A stretch of DNA of 38,171 nt, taken from positions 26,860,058-26,898,228 of the forward strand of contig NC_069002.1 in assembly GCF_001194135.2 (NCBI RefSeq). Reading direction: 5' to 3'. Below are positions 1 through 11,475 of the stretch, in pieces. Every line of letters starts with the position of its first letter. Positions within the stretch are counted from its first letter, which is position 1. Source of the DNA: Octopus bimaculoides (taxonomy: Eukaryota). The notes below the pieces were generated by a model, which was not told the DNA's origin, did no database searches, and worked only from the letters and a program-made list of their open reading frames with translations. The translations under genes and the position numbers were made by a program.

Positions 1-278
1 GGTCTCTTTTTGCCGAACTGCTAAGTTACGGGGATGTAAACACACTAGCATCGGTTGTCAAGCGATGGTGGGGGGACAAACACAAACACACATGCATATA
101 TATATATATATATATGACAGGCTTCTTTCAGTTTCCGTCTACCAAATCCACTCACAAGGCATTGGTCGGCCCAAGGCTATAGTAGAAGACACTTGCCCAA
201 GGTGCCATGCAGTGGGACTGAACCCGGAACCATGTGGTTGGTAAGCAAGCTACTTACCACACAGCCACTCCTGTGCCT
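1..278 (-). mobile_element. tRNA-derived SINE family A, cut by the window start
   Basis: Minus-strand head AGGCACAGGAGTGGCTGTGTGG (box A) and GGTTCAGTCCC (box B), CTTGGGCAAGTG core, internal (TA)n/(TG)n. Confidence 0.85.
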
Positions 279-339
279 GTAAATAACATTTTCATTATTC
301 TCAATTTTAAAATGTATTTTGAATAACAATGACAAGTGA

Positions 340-630
340 GTGAGACCTTTGGCAATATGCTGTGCTTGAGAAGAAGACCCATCAGCTAAGTGAAATCGTA
401 GTTGTGGCAGATACTGGTGTCACGCAGCTGGCATCCATCCTGGCGGCACATAAAAGCATCTATTACACTCTCGGAGTGGTTGGCTTCAGGAAAAGCATCC
501 AGCTGTAGAAACCATGCCAAATCAGACTGGGGTCTGGTGCAGCCCCCTCAGCTTACCAACCCTGGTCAAACTGTCCAACCCATGCCAACATGGACCACAG
601 ATATTAAATGACGATGATGAGGATGATGAT
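340..630 (+). mobile_element. 5'-truncated RTE LINE 3' end
   Basis: gagacctttggcaatatgctgtgcttgagaag matches the RTE ORF end at ~35060; tail caaactgtccaacccatgccaacatgg..(gat)n. Confidence 0.75.
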
Positions 631-1516
631 ACAGCAGTATCTGTGACCACATATTGGATTGTAATAATGGAATTAGATGTTCTTCAAGAGGAAACAGCTG
701 GGATTTATCTGGACGAAGTATTTCTACATTCTGGTGCACACCTGCCCGGAATACATTTATGCATACATACATACATACATATATACACATTGTTGCAAGG
801 CTGTTGACTCCATTGAGATTCCTTTGACAAGTCTTGCTTTTCATCCACCAGGGTTATCCAGTAAATCACCCTTGCCAACAAGCAAACTTCATGGGGTTCT
901 AGGTTTAGTCGCTGATGACACAACCATGCAACACGTTGTAATAGGTTACATGTTACTAACAGCACTTAAGAATAATCTGACACCCCCTCCTACACACACA
1001 CACATAATATAGGCTGTTAGGATGAATCCCACTTGTTTCCTCTTGAGTCACATCTGTTTAATCCATTATTATGATCAAATAGGTGGTCACAGTTGTAGCT
1101 TTATGTTAATCAAAATCTATATTAAAGTTGAGAATTATGGAAATATTATTTGTGAAGTTATTGAATAAGCAAAACAGAAAAAAACGGAATTTTTTTTGTA
1201 TTATTTATTCTCTGTTACACATACTTCATTTTTTAATAGGAATCACAAAAAGATTTACATGTTATATAGACATGTAAGGAATTCCCCCAAGTATAACAAT
1301 GTGTGTGTGTTTTGTATTCTGCCACTACTTGGCAGCTGTCCTCATAACTTAGCAGTTCAGCAGAAGAGCCCAATAGAATAAGTACCAGTATCAAGTTGTT
1401 TGACTGAACCAGTCAAGGTAGTGCCACAGCATGGCCAGAGTCCAATAACTGAAACAAATAAATGATAGAATACTTTTACATATCAGAACTACATTGTCCA
1501 AAGAATTCTTCATGCC

Positions 1517-1695
1517 TTAACCATTTAGCGTTCAGATTCCTCTGTCAAATGTAATCCTTCGAGATTTCAATGATGCGATTGTTTAGGATTTGAATGACAT
1601 TGTAGGGTAAGTGTGAGAGGCTAAATCTGGCCAGTTTGAACATAAAACAGAAAGAAAATTTTGGCTTGATATGGTCGGTTTAACTGCTAAGGTAG
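1517..1695. mobile_element. piggyBac-like MITE, reverse orientation, decayed
   Basis: TTAACCATTTAGCGTTCAGA..gtgtgagaggctaaatctggccagtttgaac..gatatggtcgg. Confidence 0.7.
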
Positions 1696-2081
1696 AAGAG
1701 CGAATTGGTAGACACCTGTTGAAGCATCAGATTAAATGCCTTGAAGTTATTTGTCTGAACTCTTTAGGTTCAAGTTCAAATCCAGTCAAAATCAACTTTG
1801 CTTTCCATTCCTTTTTTTTTTTTATGTCAATAAAGAAAGTTGTACCCATCCAGGATGTTGGCCAGGATGATCAACAATATTCATTCCAGCTCTAAGCATG
1901 TTCAGTTCAAAGTCCACTCTTGGACCATCATTACAATGAAGTAACCCCTTCTGGGATGGACCAACATAATTCGAGAACAAAATAAAATGCTATGGCACCA
2001 AACTCAAAAGAGTTTATATCTTTGTTGAGGACAATCTAAGAACACAACTATGATGATGAGATGTGACAAAAAATGAAGGAA

Positions 2082-2292
2082 TACTCTCTTTTACTGTTTT
2101 ACTTGTTTCAGTCATTTGACTGCAGCCATGCTGGAGCACCGCCTTTAGTCAAGCAAATCGACCCCAGGACTTATTCTTTGTAAGCCTAGTACTTATTCTA
2201 TCGGTCTCTTTTTGCCGAACCGCTAAGTTACTGGGACGTAAACACACCGGCATCCGTTGTCAAGCGATGGTGGGGGTGGGGGACAAACACAG

Positions 2293-2331
<39 letters not shown>

Positions 2332-2490
2332 CGATAGGCTTCTTTCAGTTTCCGTCTACCAAATCCACTCACAAGGCTTTGGTCGGCCCGAGGCTATAGA
2401 AGAAGACACTTGCCCAAGGTGCCACGCAGTGGAACTGAACCCGGAACCATGTGGTTGGTAAGCAAGCTACTTACCACACAACCACTCTTG
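2082..2490 (-). mobile_element. tRNA-derived SINE family A, full length
   Basis: Same head and internal microsatellite; tail GCTCCAGCATGGCTGCAGTCAAATGACTGAAACAAGTAAAA. Confidence 0.9.
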
Positions 2491-2778
2491 GTTGTTAATG
2501 TTAGTATATCAAATGATCACATAGAGAGGCCGCCTTATTGATTTGTGCAGACTGTGACTAAATTTTAGTAGCTCTATAAAACAATTTGTGACAAGGCTTT
2601 GTGGTTTTTTGCACAATTAGAGCATGTTATGTTATAAATACCTGGTTTACTGCAGTCTGCAACTGAAGACAAAGACAGGAAAAGAGCTTATTTCAAAGGA
2701 TTGAAACATTTTTTTTTTTTGTTGTTGATTTATTCATTGTTGCATTTGTAATCTGATTTTCTTTTGTTTTTCTCTCAG

Positions 2779-2868
2779 GTGGAAATTGCTCGTTGGGTTT
2801 CATCTAAGCACAACATGGGCATGGCATTTATTCGCCAGATGTGGTTAGATATTAAAAAATGTGGACTC
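2779..2868 (+). CDS. MGAT2: MGAT2 (alpha-1,6-mannosyl-glycoprotein 2-beta-N-acetylglucosaminyltransferase) internal coding exon, 90 nt, phase 0-0
   Basis: Acceptor ttttgtttttctctcAG|, donor |GTaagt. Translates VEIARWVSSKHNMGMAFIRQMWLDIKKCGL, matching the W.S..HNMG.A motif of MGAT2. Joins the next exon in frame. Confidence 0.93.
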
Positions 2869-3025
2869 GTAAGTAAACACAATCAATTGATTTATTGTTT
2901 TATCAAGAAATTTGTTGTTCAATACCGAATCCAAAAGACTGGTAATTTAAAAAAATTTTTTTTTTTTTAAAAACAAACAAATTGGTCACCAAGTATGAAA
3001 TATTTGTGTTGATCAGATGTGAATA

Positions 3026-3254
3026 CTGGCAGCCAGCAAGGTGGTGGATGGGCAGAAACGCTGGAGCACCAGACAAATTACCTCCTGCTCCTTGTTACGG
3101 ATCTCTCTGTTCTGAGTTCAAATTCTGTGAAAGTCAACTTTGTCTTTCCCCCTTTGGGGGTTTGATAAGACAACATCCCAGTCAAGTACTGAATTGATTT
3201 AATTAATTAACACACTCCTGCTAAAATCAAGAGCCTTGTGCCTAAATTAGAAAC

Positions 3255-3316
<62 letters not shown>

Positions 3317-4166
3317 NNNNNNNNNNNNNNNNNNNNNNNNNNNNNNNNNNNNNNNNNNNNNNNNNNNNNNNNNNNNNNNNNNNNNNNNNNNNNNNNNNNN
3401 NNNNNNNNNNNNNNNNNNNNNNNNNNNNNNNNNNNNNNNNNNNNNNNNNNNNNNNNNNNNNNNNNNNNNNNNNNNNNNNNNNNNNNNNNNNNNNNNNNNN
3501 NNNNNNNNNNNNNNNNNNNNNNNNNNNNNNNNNNNNNNNNNNNNNNNNNNNNNNNNNNNNNNNNNNNNNNNNNNNNNNNNNNNNNNNNNNNNNNNNNNNN
3601 NNNNNNNNNNNNNNNNNNNNNNNNNNNNNNNNNNNNNNNNNNNNNNNNNNNNNNNNNNNNNNNNNNNNNNNNNNNNNNNNNNNNNNNNNNNNNNNNNNNN
3701 NNNNNNNNTAAATATTAAGGCAGCAAGCTGGCAGAATTGTTAGCATGCCAGGCGAAATGCTTTGTGGTATTTTGTCTGTCTTCACATTCTGGGTTCAAAT
3801 TCCACTGAGGCTGACTTTGCCTTTCATCTTTCAGGGGTCAATAAAATAACTGTTGAACACTGGGGTCGATATAATTGACTTAGCCCATACCTCAAAATTG
3901 CTGGCCTTGTGCCAAAATTTGAAACCATTTTTATTATTACTCTTACTAAGTGAGGCAGTGAGCTGGCAGAGTCGTTAGCACGCTGGATGAAATGCTTAAC
4001 AGTATTTCGCCAATCGCTACTTTCTGAGTTCAATTTCCACCGAGGTCAATTTTTGCCTTTCATCCTTTTGGGTTCAATAGATTAAGTACCAGTCAAATAT
4101 TGGGATCATTGTGATCGACTGTCTTCCTCTCCACAAAATCCAGGCCTTGTACCTATAGTAGAAAGG

Positions 4167-4213
<47 letters not shown>

Positions 4214-5000
4214 GGCNNNNNNNNNNGGCAGAATCATTAGCATGCCGTGCAAAATGCTTAGCAGTATTTCGTCTGCCACTATGTTCTGAGTTCAAATTCT
4301 GCCGAGGTCGACTTTCGGGGTCGATCCAGTAAGTACCAGTTACGTTCTGGGGACGATGTAACCAACTTAAACCCCTCCCCCAAGCTGCCCTTGTGGCAAA
4401 AATTTGAAGTCATTATTATAATTATTATTATTTTCAAGGCAGTGAGCTGGCAGAACCTTTAGCATGCCAGACAAAATGCTTAACAGCACTTCATCCATCT
4501 TTACATTCTGAGTTCAAAATGCCGTCAAGGTTGACTTTGCCTTTCATCCTTTTGGGGTCGATAAAATAAGTACCAGTTGAACACTGGGTGTTGGGGGGTC
4601 GATGTATTCGACTCATCTCCAAGCTGCCCTTATGGCAAAATTTTAACCCATTATTGCTATTAAGGCAATTAGCAAAGAAACTCATTAGCATACTGGACAA
4701 AATTCTTTGCAGTATTTCTTCTGACCCTTTACATTCTGAGTTCAAATTCTGCTGAGGTCGACTTTGCCTTTCATCCTTTCGGGATCGATAAATTAAGTAC
4801 CAGTTGCATACTGGGGTGGATCTAATCGACTGATCCCTCCCCGACAATTTCAGGTTTTATGCCTATAGTAGAAAGGATTATTATTATTAAGGCAGCATCG
4901 TTAGCACCCAGACAAAATGCTTAGCAACGTTCCTTCTGGCTTGATCAATTGAGTTGAAGTTCCTGTAAGGTCATCTTTGCCCTTCATGCTTTGAGTTGAT
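3026..5000 (+). mobile_element. Head-to-tail array of ~7 tRNA-derived SINE family B copies with (ATT)n tails (interrupted by gaps)
   Basis: Repeated aaggcag.gagctggcagaa..ttagca (box A), gagttcaaattcc (box B), gactttgcctttcatcc, aagtaccag, ggccttgt.cc, (att)n. Heads near 3026, 3716, 3952, 4228, 4436, 4660 and 4889. Confidence 0.85.
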
Positions 5001-5454
5001 AAAATAAATCACCAATTCATTGTGCTTATCAAGGAAACGTTATCACATCTAAACCTCCACCCCCCACCCCGCCACCATCCCAAACATGGAAAGCAACCAA
5101 CTGGTTGCCATTGATCATCTCATATATTTGACCTCACTGTCAAAGACGATATCTCTTTCCTCAAACGTTCACCCTTCAACGTAACAAACAAAAGACTCCT
5201 TATTTTTATTTTTCTTCTTTCTTCAGATACAGAAAACACTTTAGTACCCTCTCCCCCACATGCACACACAATAACTATTAAGCCTCTAGAATGCCTGGGT
5301 GAGGCCCACAATAGGGTACTACTCCCACCACTAGAATGCTGTTGCTGCTACTTACCCCAACGCACCCACACACATCTTAAAACAAATCCTCAAATAAGGC
5401 CACTCAACCTAAAATCATTTACAAACACTACAAAAACTTGAACCAGCTGATGTA

Positions 5455-5830
5455 GGCTTGGCTATGCCGTAAAGATGTTTGCTTCCCAACCACATGGTTC
5501 CAGGTTCAGTCCCACAGCATGTCACCTTGGGCAAGTGTCTTCTACTATAGCTCAGTACTGTGCCAACCAAAACCTTGTGAATGGATTTGGTCAATGTAAA
5601 CTGAAAGACGCTCATTGTGTGTGTGTGTGTGTGTCTTTGTTTGCCCTCCACCACCGCTTGCCAACCAGTGTTGATAGTTTTACATCCCTGTAACTTAGCA
5701 GCTTAGCAAAGAAGACTGATAGAGTAAGTACCAAAACAAAAACAAAAAAATAAGTGCTGGGGTTGATTCTTCAAGGTGTTGCCCCAGCATTGCCACAGTT
5801 TAATGACTGAAACAGGTAAAAGGTAAGAGA
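5455..5830 (+). mobile_element. SINE family A, diverged near-full copy
   Basis: ccaaccacatggttccaggttcagtccc..cttgggcaagtgtc..gtaacttagc..ccccagcattgccacag..tgactgaaac. Confidence 0.8.
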
Positions 5831-6595
5831 GCAGACATACTGTGTCCTCTCTCTGCTTTTAGTAGCACTACTACAATGGCCTCTGCTCATCAGAGGTGAC
5901 AGGTCTTGTGCCATCTTCACTCAAACCCTTCTGAATCATTCCTCTTCCTCTCATCATCCACATTGTACTCTCCACTCCGACTACAATATCCAATCCCCCA
6001 CCCCCAGAACATGGGCCTTCTTCAATTCCCTCTCAGCACATATTTTTCCTGTGATTCAAAGGGCCAGCCTTGTCCCAATTGGGTGTCATGCTGAATCTCC
6101 CCGAGAACTATGTTAAGGGTACACGTGTGTGTAGAATTCTATTGCAGTGTAATGTTATCAGTAGATCCTTAACAACAGCAATATCACCCATTATGAAGGG
6201 TCTAGAAAAGGGTTTATTCAGGCCTGTTTTCCTGCTGGGCACCTTGGAGGAGGAGGAGGAGGAGGAGGCAGGGTGTCATTACTATCAATAACCAAGAAAA
6301 AAAAAAAGGTGAGTGAAGGCTCCAACTATGAAATACCTAACAGTGAAGCCACCTGGCAGTTCGTTGACTTGCTAGAAACAGCAGCCAAATCTTCCTTGTG
6401 TCCTGCATCTCTGTTTTAAAAAAAGAATCCATAGGACGGTGTGGTCCTTGATATGCACAACTTGATAAAAAAGAAAACTGGTCATGGATTGACTGTCTTT
6501 GATCTTAGGTTTTGTCAATCAGAGCTGATTTGGGGATCAACACCAACCAACAAAAGCTCTTTCTGGTTTTACTTACCTTTACAGTTTATTATTAG

Positions 6596-6830
6596 TTTAT
6601 ATATCAGGTGCAAATTGATTTGATAATCAGCTAGAGGAGGCATTCTCTTAGGGTCAAAATTAGTAGTAATGTCGGTTCACACGGAACAGCCATGTTGAAT
6701 TGGCAATAAGCATTATCTTTTAGTATAGTCACGACTTTACATCTCTTACAGAGAATATCTAACAAACTACTTTGCTTGTTACAAGATTGGTGACTAATTG
6801 TCACTTATCTATACTATAAATTGCAGTGTT
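6596..6830 (+). repeat. Third, 5'-truncated and more diverged copy of the retrozyme-like body (no HHR)
   Basis: Shares tatatcag..gataatcagctagagg..gaacagccatgttgaa..gtatagtca..agaga..tctaacaaactact..ttgtcacttat with the copies at 7540-8150. Confidence 0.75.
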
Positions 6831-7539
6831 CTTGATTGCTTGATTGATTGATTGATTGAGTGTCGGCAGATTCACTCAAGAACGGTGCAGTGGAATCGCG
6901 TGAAATTCAGCACAGAGCGGCAGCATGGTCCGCTCATGTTCAGGAGATTTTTATTGCCCTCCAACTCCCATGGTTACCGAGATAATCGATTATTACTTTT
7001 TAAGATAGGAATATCCCATTCAAAGTGGGGAGGGGCGATTTTGTTGCCTTTCCCATGCGCGAAATGTTACGAAAAACCAGTACAATATAGATTATTTTNN
7101 NNNNNNNNNNNNNNNNNNNNNNNNNNNNNNNNNNNNNNNNNNNNNNNNNNNNNNNNNNNNNNNNNNNNNNNNNNNNNNNNNNNNNNNNNNNNNNNNNNNN
7201 NNNNNNNNNNNNNNNNNNNNNNNNNNNNNNNNNNNNGGGCAAGCGAGTGTAACATCGAAATAACTTGAAAAGAATGCATGTGGGAATGCCGTTATAATGA
7301 ATGCTCATTTAAATGTATTTTGCATGTAGTTGGTGTACTTTTTAACAGGAGAGGAGTGCCTGCAGGCTGGTTCTTTCTCAAGTTTATGCATTTTCAGGTT
7401 CAATGTGTTTCAAATAAGTACTGACAATTGAAGGTGATTGCAAAGACAAAGAACTACCTGTTCTTTTTTTAACAATTTTAACAGTGAGAACATTGGACAA
7501 AATATGTTATTGACATTAATAGTTTGTACCTCAGCTAAT

Positions 7540-8150
7540 TACTGATGATGGGCAAAAATTGACTGAGGCCTTGTCAAGTTGCCAGAAGATGGTTAGAGTT
7601 CACTCACCTACTTGCAATATATCAGATGCAGGTTGCATCGATAACTAGCTAGAGGAGACGTCCTCTTGCGGTTAAAAAACAGTAACATTAGTTTGTATGG
7701 ACACAGCCATGTTGAAGTAGTGACAAACATTACTTCTCGGTATAGTCACCGCTTTCATCCCCTGTAGAGATTTTCTAACAAACTACTTTTATCATTGCAA
7801 GATCGATGACTGGTTGTCACTTATTTTTCTATATATTCCAAGCTGGAGCAAACTACTGCTCTCTCTAGCAGACAGGTGTCCACCACTGATGATGATCAAA
7901 AATTGACCGAAACCAGCCTGGTTTGGTCTGGTGGCCCTGTCAAGTTGCTACAAGATGGTTGGGGTACGCTCCCCTGCTTGCAATATATCAGATACACGTT
8001 ACATTGATAACCAGCTAGAGGCGGTGCCCTTTTGGGGGTAAAAAATAGCAATAATGTTGGTTTGTATGGAACAGCCATGTTGAAGTGGCGACAAACTTTA
8101 CTTCTTGGTATAGTCATTACTTTCATCTCTTATAGAGATTTTCTAATAAA
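7540..8150 (+). mobile_element. Tandem ~345-365 nt HHR-containing repeat (non-LTR retrozyme-like), ~1.7 units
   Basis: CTGATGAT-G..CAAAAATTGAC occurs at 7542 and 7886, each followed by the same body (tgtcaagttgc..aagatggtt..cttgcaatatatcagat..agctagagg..acagccatgttgaagt..gtatagtca..agagattttctaa). The first unit has lost ~20 nt covering stem III and the cleavage site. Confidence 0.7.
7871..7941 (+). ncRNA. Type I hammerhead ribozyme, apparently intact, predicted cleavage after GUC (7928|7929)
   Basis: Core CTGATGA 7886-7892; extra T 7893; stem II GATCAA/TTGACC (one A.C mismatch); GAAA 7909-7912; stem III ACCAG/TTGGT; GTC 7926-7928; stem I CCACCA/TGGTGG, internal loop, then GACAGG/CCTGTC. Confidence 0.85.
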
Positions 8151-9138
8151 TGTATTATTATTATTATTATTATACAAGTGGTTTCCTTTGTGAAATGCTC
8201 TGGGTCCAGTCTTCATATTGCGTAGATAGACAAGTCCCAGCTCACTGAAGGTTTGAAACCCTCACCCTGGCCTGTGAACATCGTTGTTCAGGGCATGACT
8301 GCTGTTGCATGCAGACAGCTTTGAGGAGCCACAGTTGAGAGAGCTGGATGTCAGGTGAGAACCAGGGTGGACGAATTACTCCAAAGGGCACCACATGTTC
8401 CCCCGTCAGAGTTACCATCCCACCAAGACAGTTTACTGCCGCTCTGGTCCTTGGGTGATTTTAGAGGGGTCAACTCTGTTAGCAAACATTCACTTGGACA
8501 AGGCTTTCCACCACCACCCAGTTTTGGAGGCCCTGGAAAGAGTCAAGGGTTTTGGACTGTGCAATAAATATATAAATAAAGACAGCCAGAGGTCTCTTCC
8601 ACACGTCACTGCCCTCAGCATCACTGTTGTCCCCACCATCACATAAGTACTGTTCAAGTTACTATCGACTAAATTGCCTTCCCTCGATATTCCCGGCCTT
8701 GTACCTAAATTAGAAACCATCATTATTGTTATTATAATTATTATTGATTTTGCTGACGAGAATCAAGTTATGATACATAGCAACGAAATTTGCGAAGACA
8801 AACGAATGACGAAAGTGAAAACACTCAAGACATCGATCTGCTAACTGTTATCGATAAACTATTGCATTGTCCACATTTGTCTATGTTTAAAAGAGTTATT
8901 TGGTTCGCCGTCACGCTTTCGATCGAAGTCTGTCTGTCTCCGCCATCGCCACTACTGTCATCAACATCATCATCGTCGTTGCCAACTTCTTTCCCGATGC
9001 ATTTGCAAATACAACAACAACAACAAAAAAATTAATTACGTTACCTTGAAACTTTGGAGTACTTACGTAAGTGTGTGTGTGTGTCCCCGCTGGCTTTATT
9101 TCCTTATAACTTTCAGAAAAATTAGTATTTTTTAATAA

Positions 9139-9375
9139 AACTTTCTACAAATACCTTTCAGGTGTTGAAGATTACGATTATATCGGAATTTAATATATAT
9201 TTTTTTAAAAAGAAAAGTAATCGGTGGCGCGCATATTTGCATACTAACACACGTCACAAAATGAAACTTGGAATTTTACGTTATTGCACACACCTACCAA
9301 TTTTTTTCTCAATTTTCCCCGCATTAATTCCGATATAATTATAATTTACACAATCTGAAAGATATTTGTAGATAA
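9139..9375. repeat. ~55-bp imperfect inverted repeat pair (decayed MITE core)
   Basis: tctacaaatacctttcagg..attatatcggaattt versus aattccgatataatt..ctgaaagatatttgtaga. Confidence 0.55.
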
Positions 9376-9699
9376 GGAAACAAAAGCTGGCGTGGTTGGG
9401 GCACGCTTGTATAGTTAGGCCGAGACAGCGTAGTAAAGGGAGGTAATTAGATGTTTGGGCTAAGGGGAATAACCCTAATCAGATTATCTCAAGAAATTAA
9501 TTACTTGACGAAACCCCGATCTGTATGTATGTTTGTCTTTCGTCTGATACTGGTTTAGGCCAGAGGCTGAGGCCATGCTGGAGCACTGCCTTTGAGTGTG
9601 TTTCGGTTTCTTCTCTGTACTGTTTCTGGAGAAGGAGCAAGTTGGACGGAGATGCTCTTCTTTGTGCCTCGTGTCACGACGTGTAATATTTCCTGGATT

Positions 9700-10140
9700 A
9701 TGGTTGCGAGCTGGCAGAATCGATAGCACACCGGGCGAAATCCTTAGCGGCATTTCGTTCTTCTTTACATCATGAGTTCAAATTCCGCTGAGGTCGACTT
9801 TGCCCTTCATCATCTCAGGGTCGATAAATGAAGTACCAATTGAGCACTGGGGTCGATGTAATCGACACATCCTCTCCCCCAAAATGTCTGCCCTTGTGGC
9901 AAAATTTTTAACCATTATAATTGTTATTATTAGTATTAAGGTGGTGAACTGGCAGAACCATTAGCACGCTAGGCAAAATGCTTAGCGGCATTTCGTCCGA
10001 CTTTACATTTCTGAGTTCGAATTCCAGTGTAGTCGACTTTACTTTTCATCCTTTCAGAGTCAATAAAATAAGTACCAGTTATGCACTGAGGTCGATGTAA
10101 TCGACTTACACTTCCCACCCACACACAGAGACACATAAAA
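9700..10140 (+). mobile_element. Two tandem SINE family B copies
   Basis: Heads at ~9705 and ~9938 with the same internal motifs. Confidence 0.85.
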
Positions 10141-10342
10141 CTGCCAGCCTGGGTACATGCATTGGATTTAGGGAGTACTTATTACTCTTTGATCACTTCA
10201 TATTGCACCGCTTGCTCTGTTGATTGGTTGGTAGATTGTGAATATTACTGGTATTCCTCATGAGTACCCTGTTAGCCAAATGTATGACATGGTGGAGTGC
10301 TTCCAAGTTAATTACCATGATCATTACAGTCCAAACTACTTT

Positions 10343-10495
10343 GGGACGTGTGGTAAGAAGCTTGCTTCCCAACCACATGGTTCCGGGTTCAGTCCCACTG
10401 CTTGGTATCTTGGGCAAGTGTGTTATACTGTAGCCTTGGGCCAACCATAGCCTTGTGATTGGCTTTGGTTGATGGAAACTGAAAGAAGCCTGTCG

Positions 10496-10530
<35 letters not shown>

Positions 10531-10533
10531 TTA
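10343..10533 (+). mobile_element. SINE family A, 5' half, ending at a (TA)n tract and gap
   Basis: gtgtggtaagaagcttgcttcccaaccacatggttccgggttcagtccc..ggaaactgaaagaagcc. Confidence 0.8.
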
Positions 10534-11298
10534 TNNNNNNNNNNNNNNNNNNNNNNNNNNNNNNNNNNNNNNNNNNNNNNNNNNNNNNNNNNNNNNNNNN
10601 NNNNNNNNNNNNNNNNNNNNNNNNNNNNNNNNNNNNNNNNNNNNNNNNNNNNNNNNNNNNNNNNNNNNNNNNNNNNNNNNNNNNNNNNNNNNNNNNNNNN
10701 NNNNNNNNNNNNNNNNNNNNNNNNNNNNNNNNNNNNNNNNNNNNNNNNNNNNNNNNNNNNNNNNNNNNNNNNNNNNNNNNNNNNNNNNNNNNNNNNNNNN
10801 NNNNNNNNNNNNNNNNNNNNNNNNNNNNNNNNNNNNNNNNNNNNNNNNNNNNNNNNNNNNNNNNNNNNNNNNNNNNNNNNNNNNNNNNNNNNNNNNNNNN
10901 NNNNNNNNNNNNNNNNNNNNNNNNNNNNNNNNNNNNNNNNNNNNNNNNNNNNNNNNNNNNNNNNNNNNNNNNNNNNNNNNNNNNNNNNNNNNNNNNNNNN
11001 NNNNNNNNNNNNNNNNNNNNNNNNNNNNNNNNNNNNNNNNNNNNNNNNNNNNNNNNNNNNNNNNNNNNNNNNNNNNNNNNNNNNNNNNNNNNNNNNNNNN
11101 NNNNNNNNNNNNNNNNNNNNNNNNNNNNNNNNNNNNNNNNNNNNNNNNNNNNNNNNNNNNNNNNNNNNNNNNNNNNNNNNNNNNNNNNNNNNNNNNNNNN
11201 NNNNNNNNNNNNNNNNNNNNNNNNNNNNNNNNNNNNNNNNNNNNNNNNNNNNNNNNNNNNNNNNNNNNNNNNNNNNNNNNNNNTATATATATATATAA

Positions 11299-11475
11299 TC
11301 ATCATCAACATTTAACGTCCATTTTCCATGCTAGTATGGGTTGGACAGCGTGACAGGAACTGGCAAGGCCACACCAAGTTCCACAGTCTTTTTTAGCTGG
11401 ATTGTTACAGCTGGATGTCCTTCCTAATGCCAACCACGTTACAGGATGTACTGGACGCTTTTAACGTGGCACCTT
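11299..11475 (-). mobile_element. RTE-type 3' tail fragment
   Basis: catcatc..ttttccatgctagtatgggttggacag..ggatgtccttcctaatgccaaccac, the reverse of the tail at 480-630. Confidence 0.7.

Noticed and set aside
660-770. Possible upstream MGAT2 exon
   Set aside because: No frame resembles the expected FLEEDH or C..C..LSLGTY region, and there are no good splice sites; the earlier exons lie outside the window.
912-950. CTGATGA followed by an ACAAC/GTTGT hairpin
   Set aside because: No GAAA after stem II. Similar partial hits at ~23222 and ~25646 also fail to fold.
3026-5000. CRISPR-like regularly spaced repeats
   Set aside because: Eukaryotic context; the units are ~220-nt SINEs with ATT tails, not short repeats with unique spacers.
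7542-7570. TGATGA ... CTGA read as C/D box snoRNA boxes
   Set aside because: The spacing is too short, and the motif is better explained as a hammerhead core.
8754-8800. CTGACGA ... GAAA hammerhead-like spacing
   Set aside because: No consistent stem I, stem II or stem III pairing and no valid cleavage triplet.
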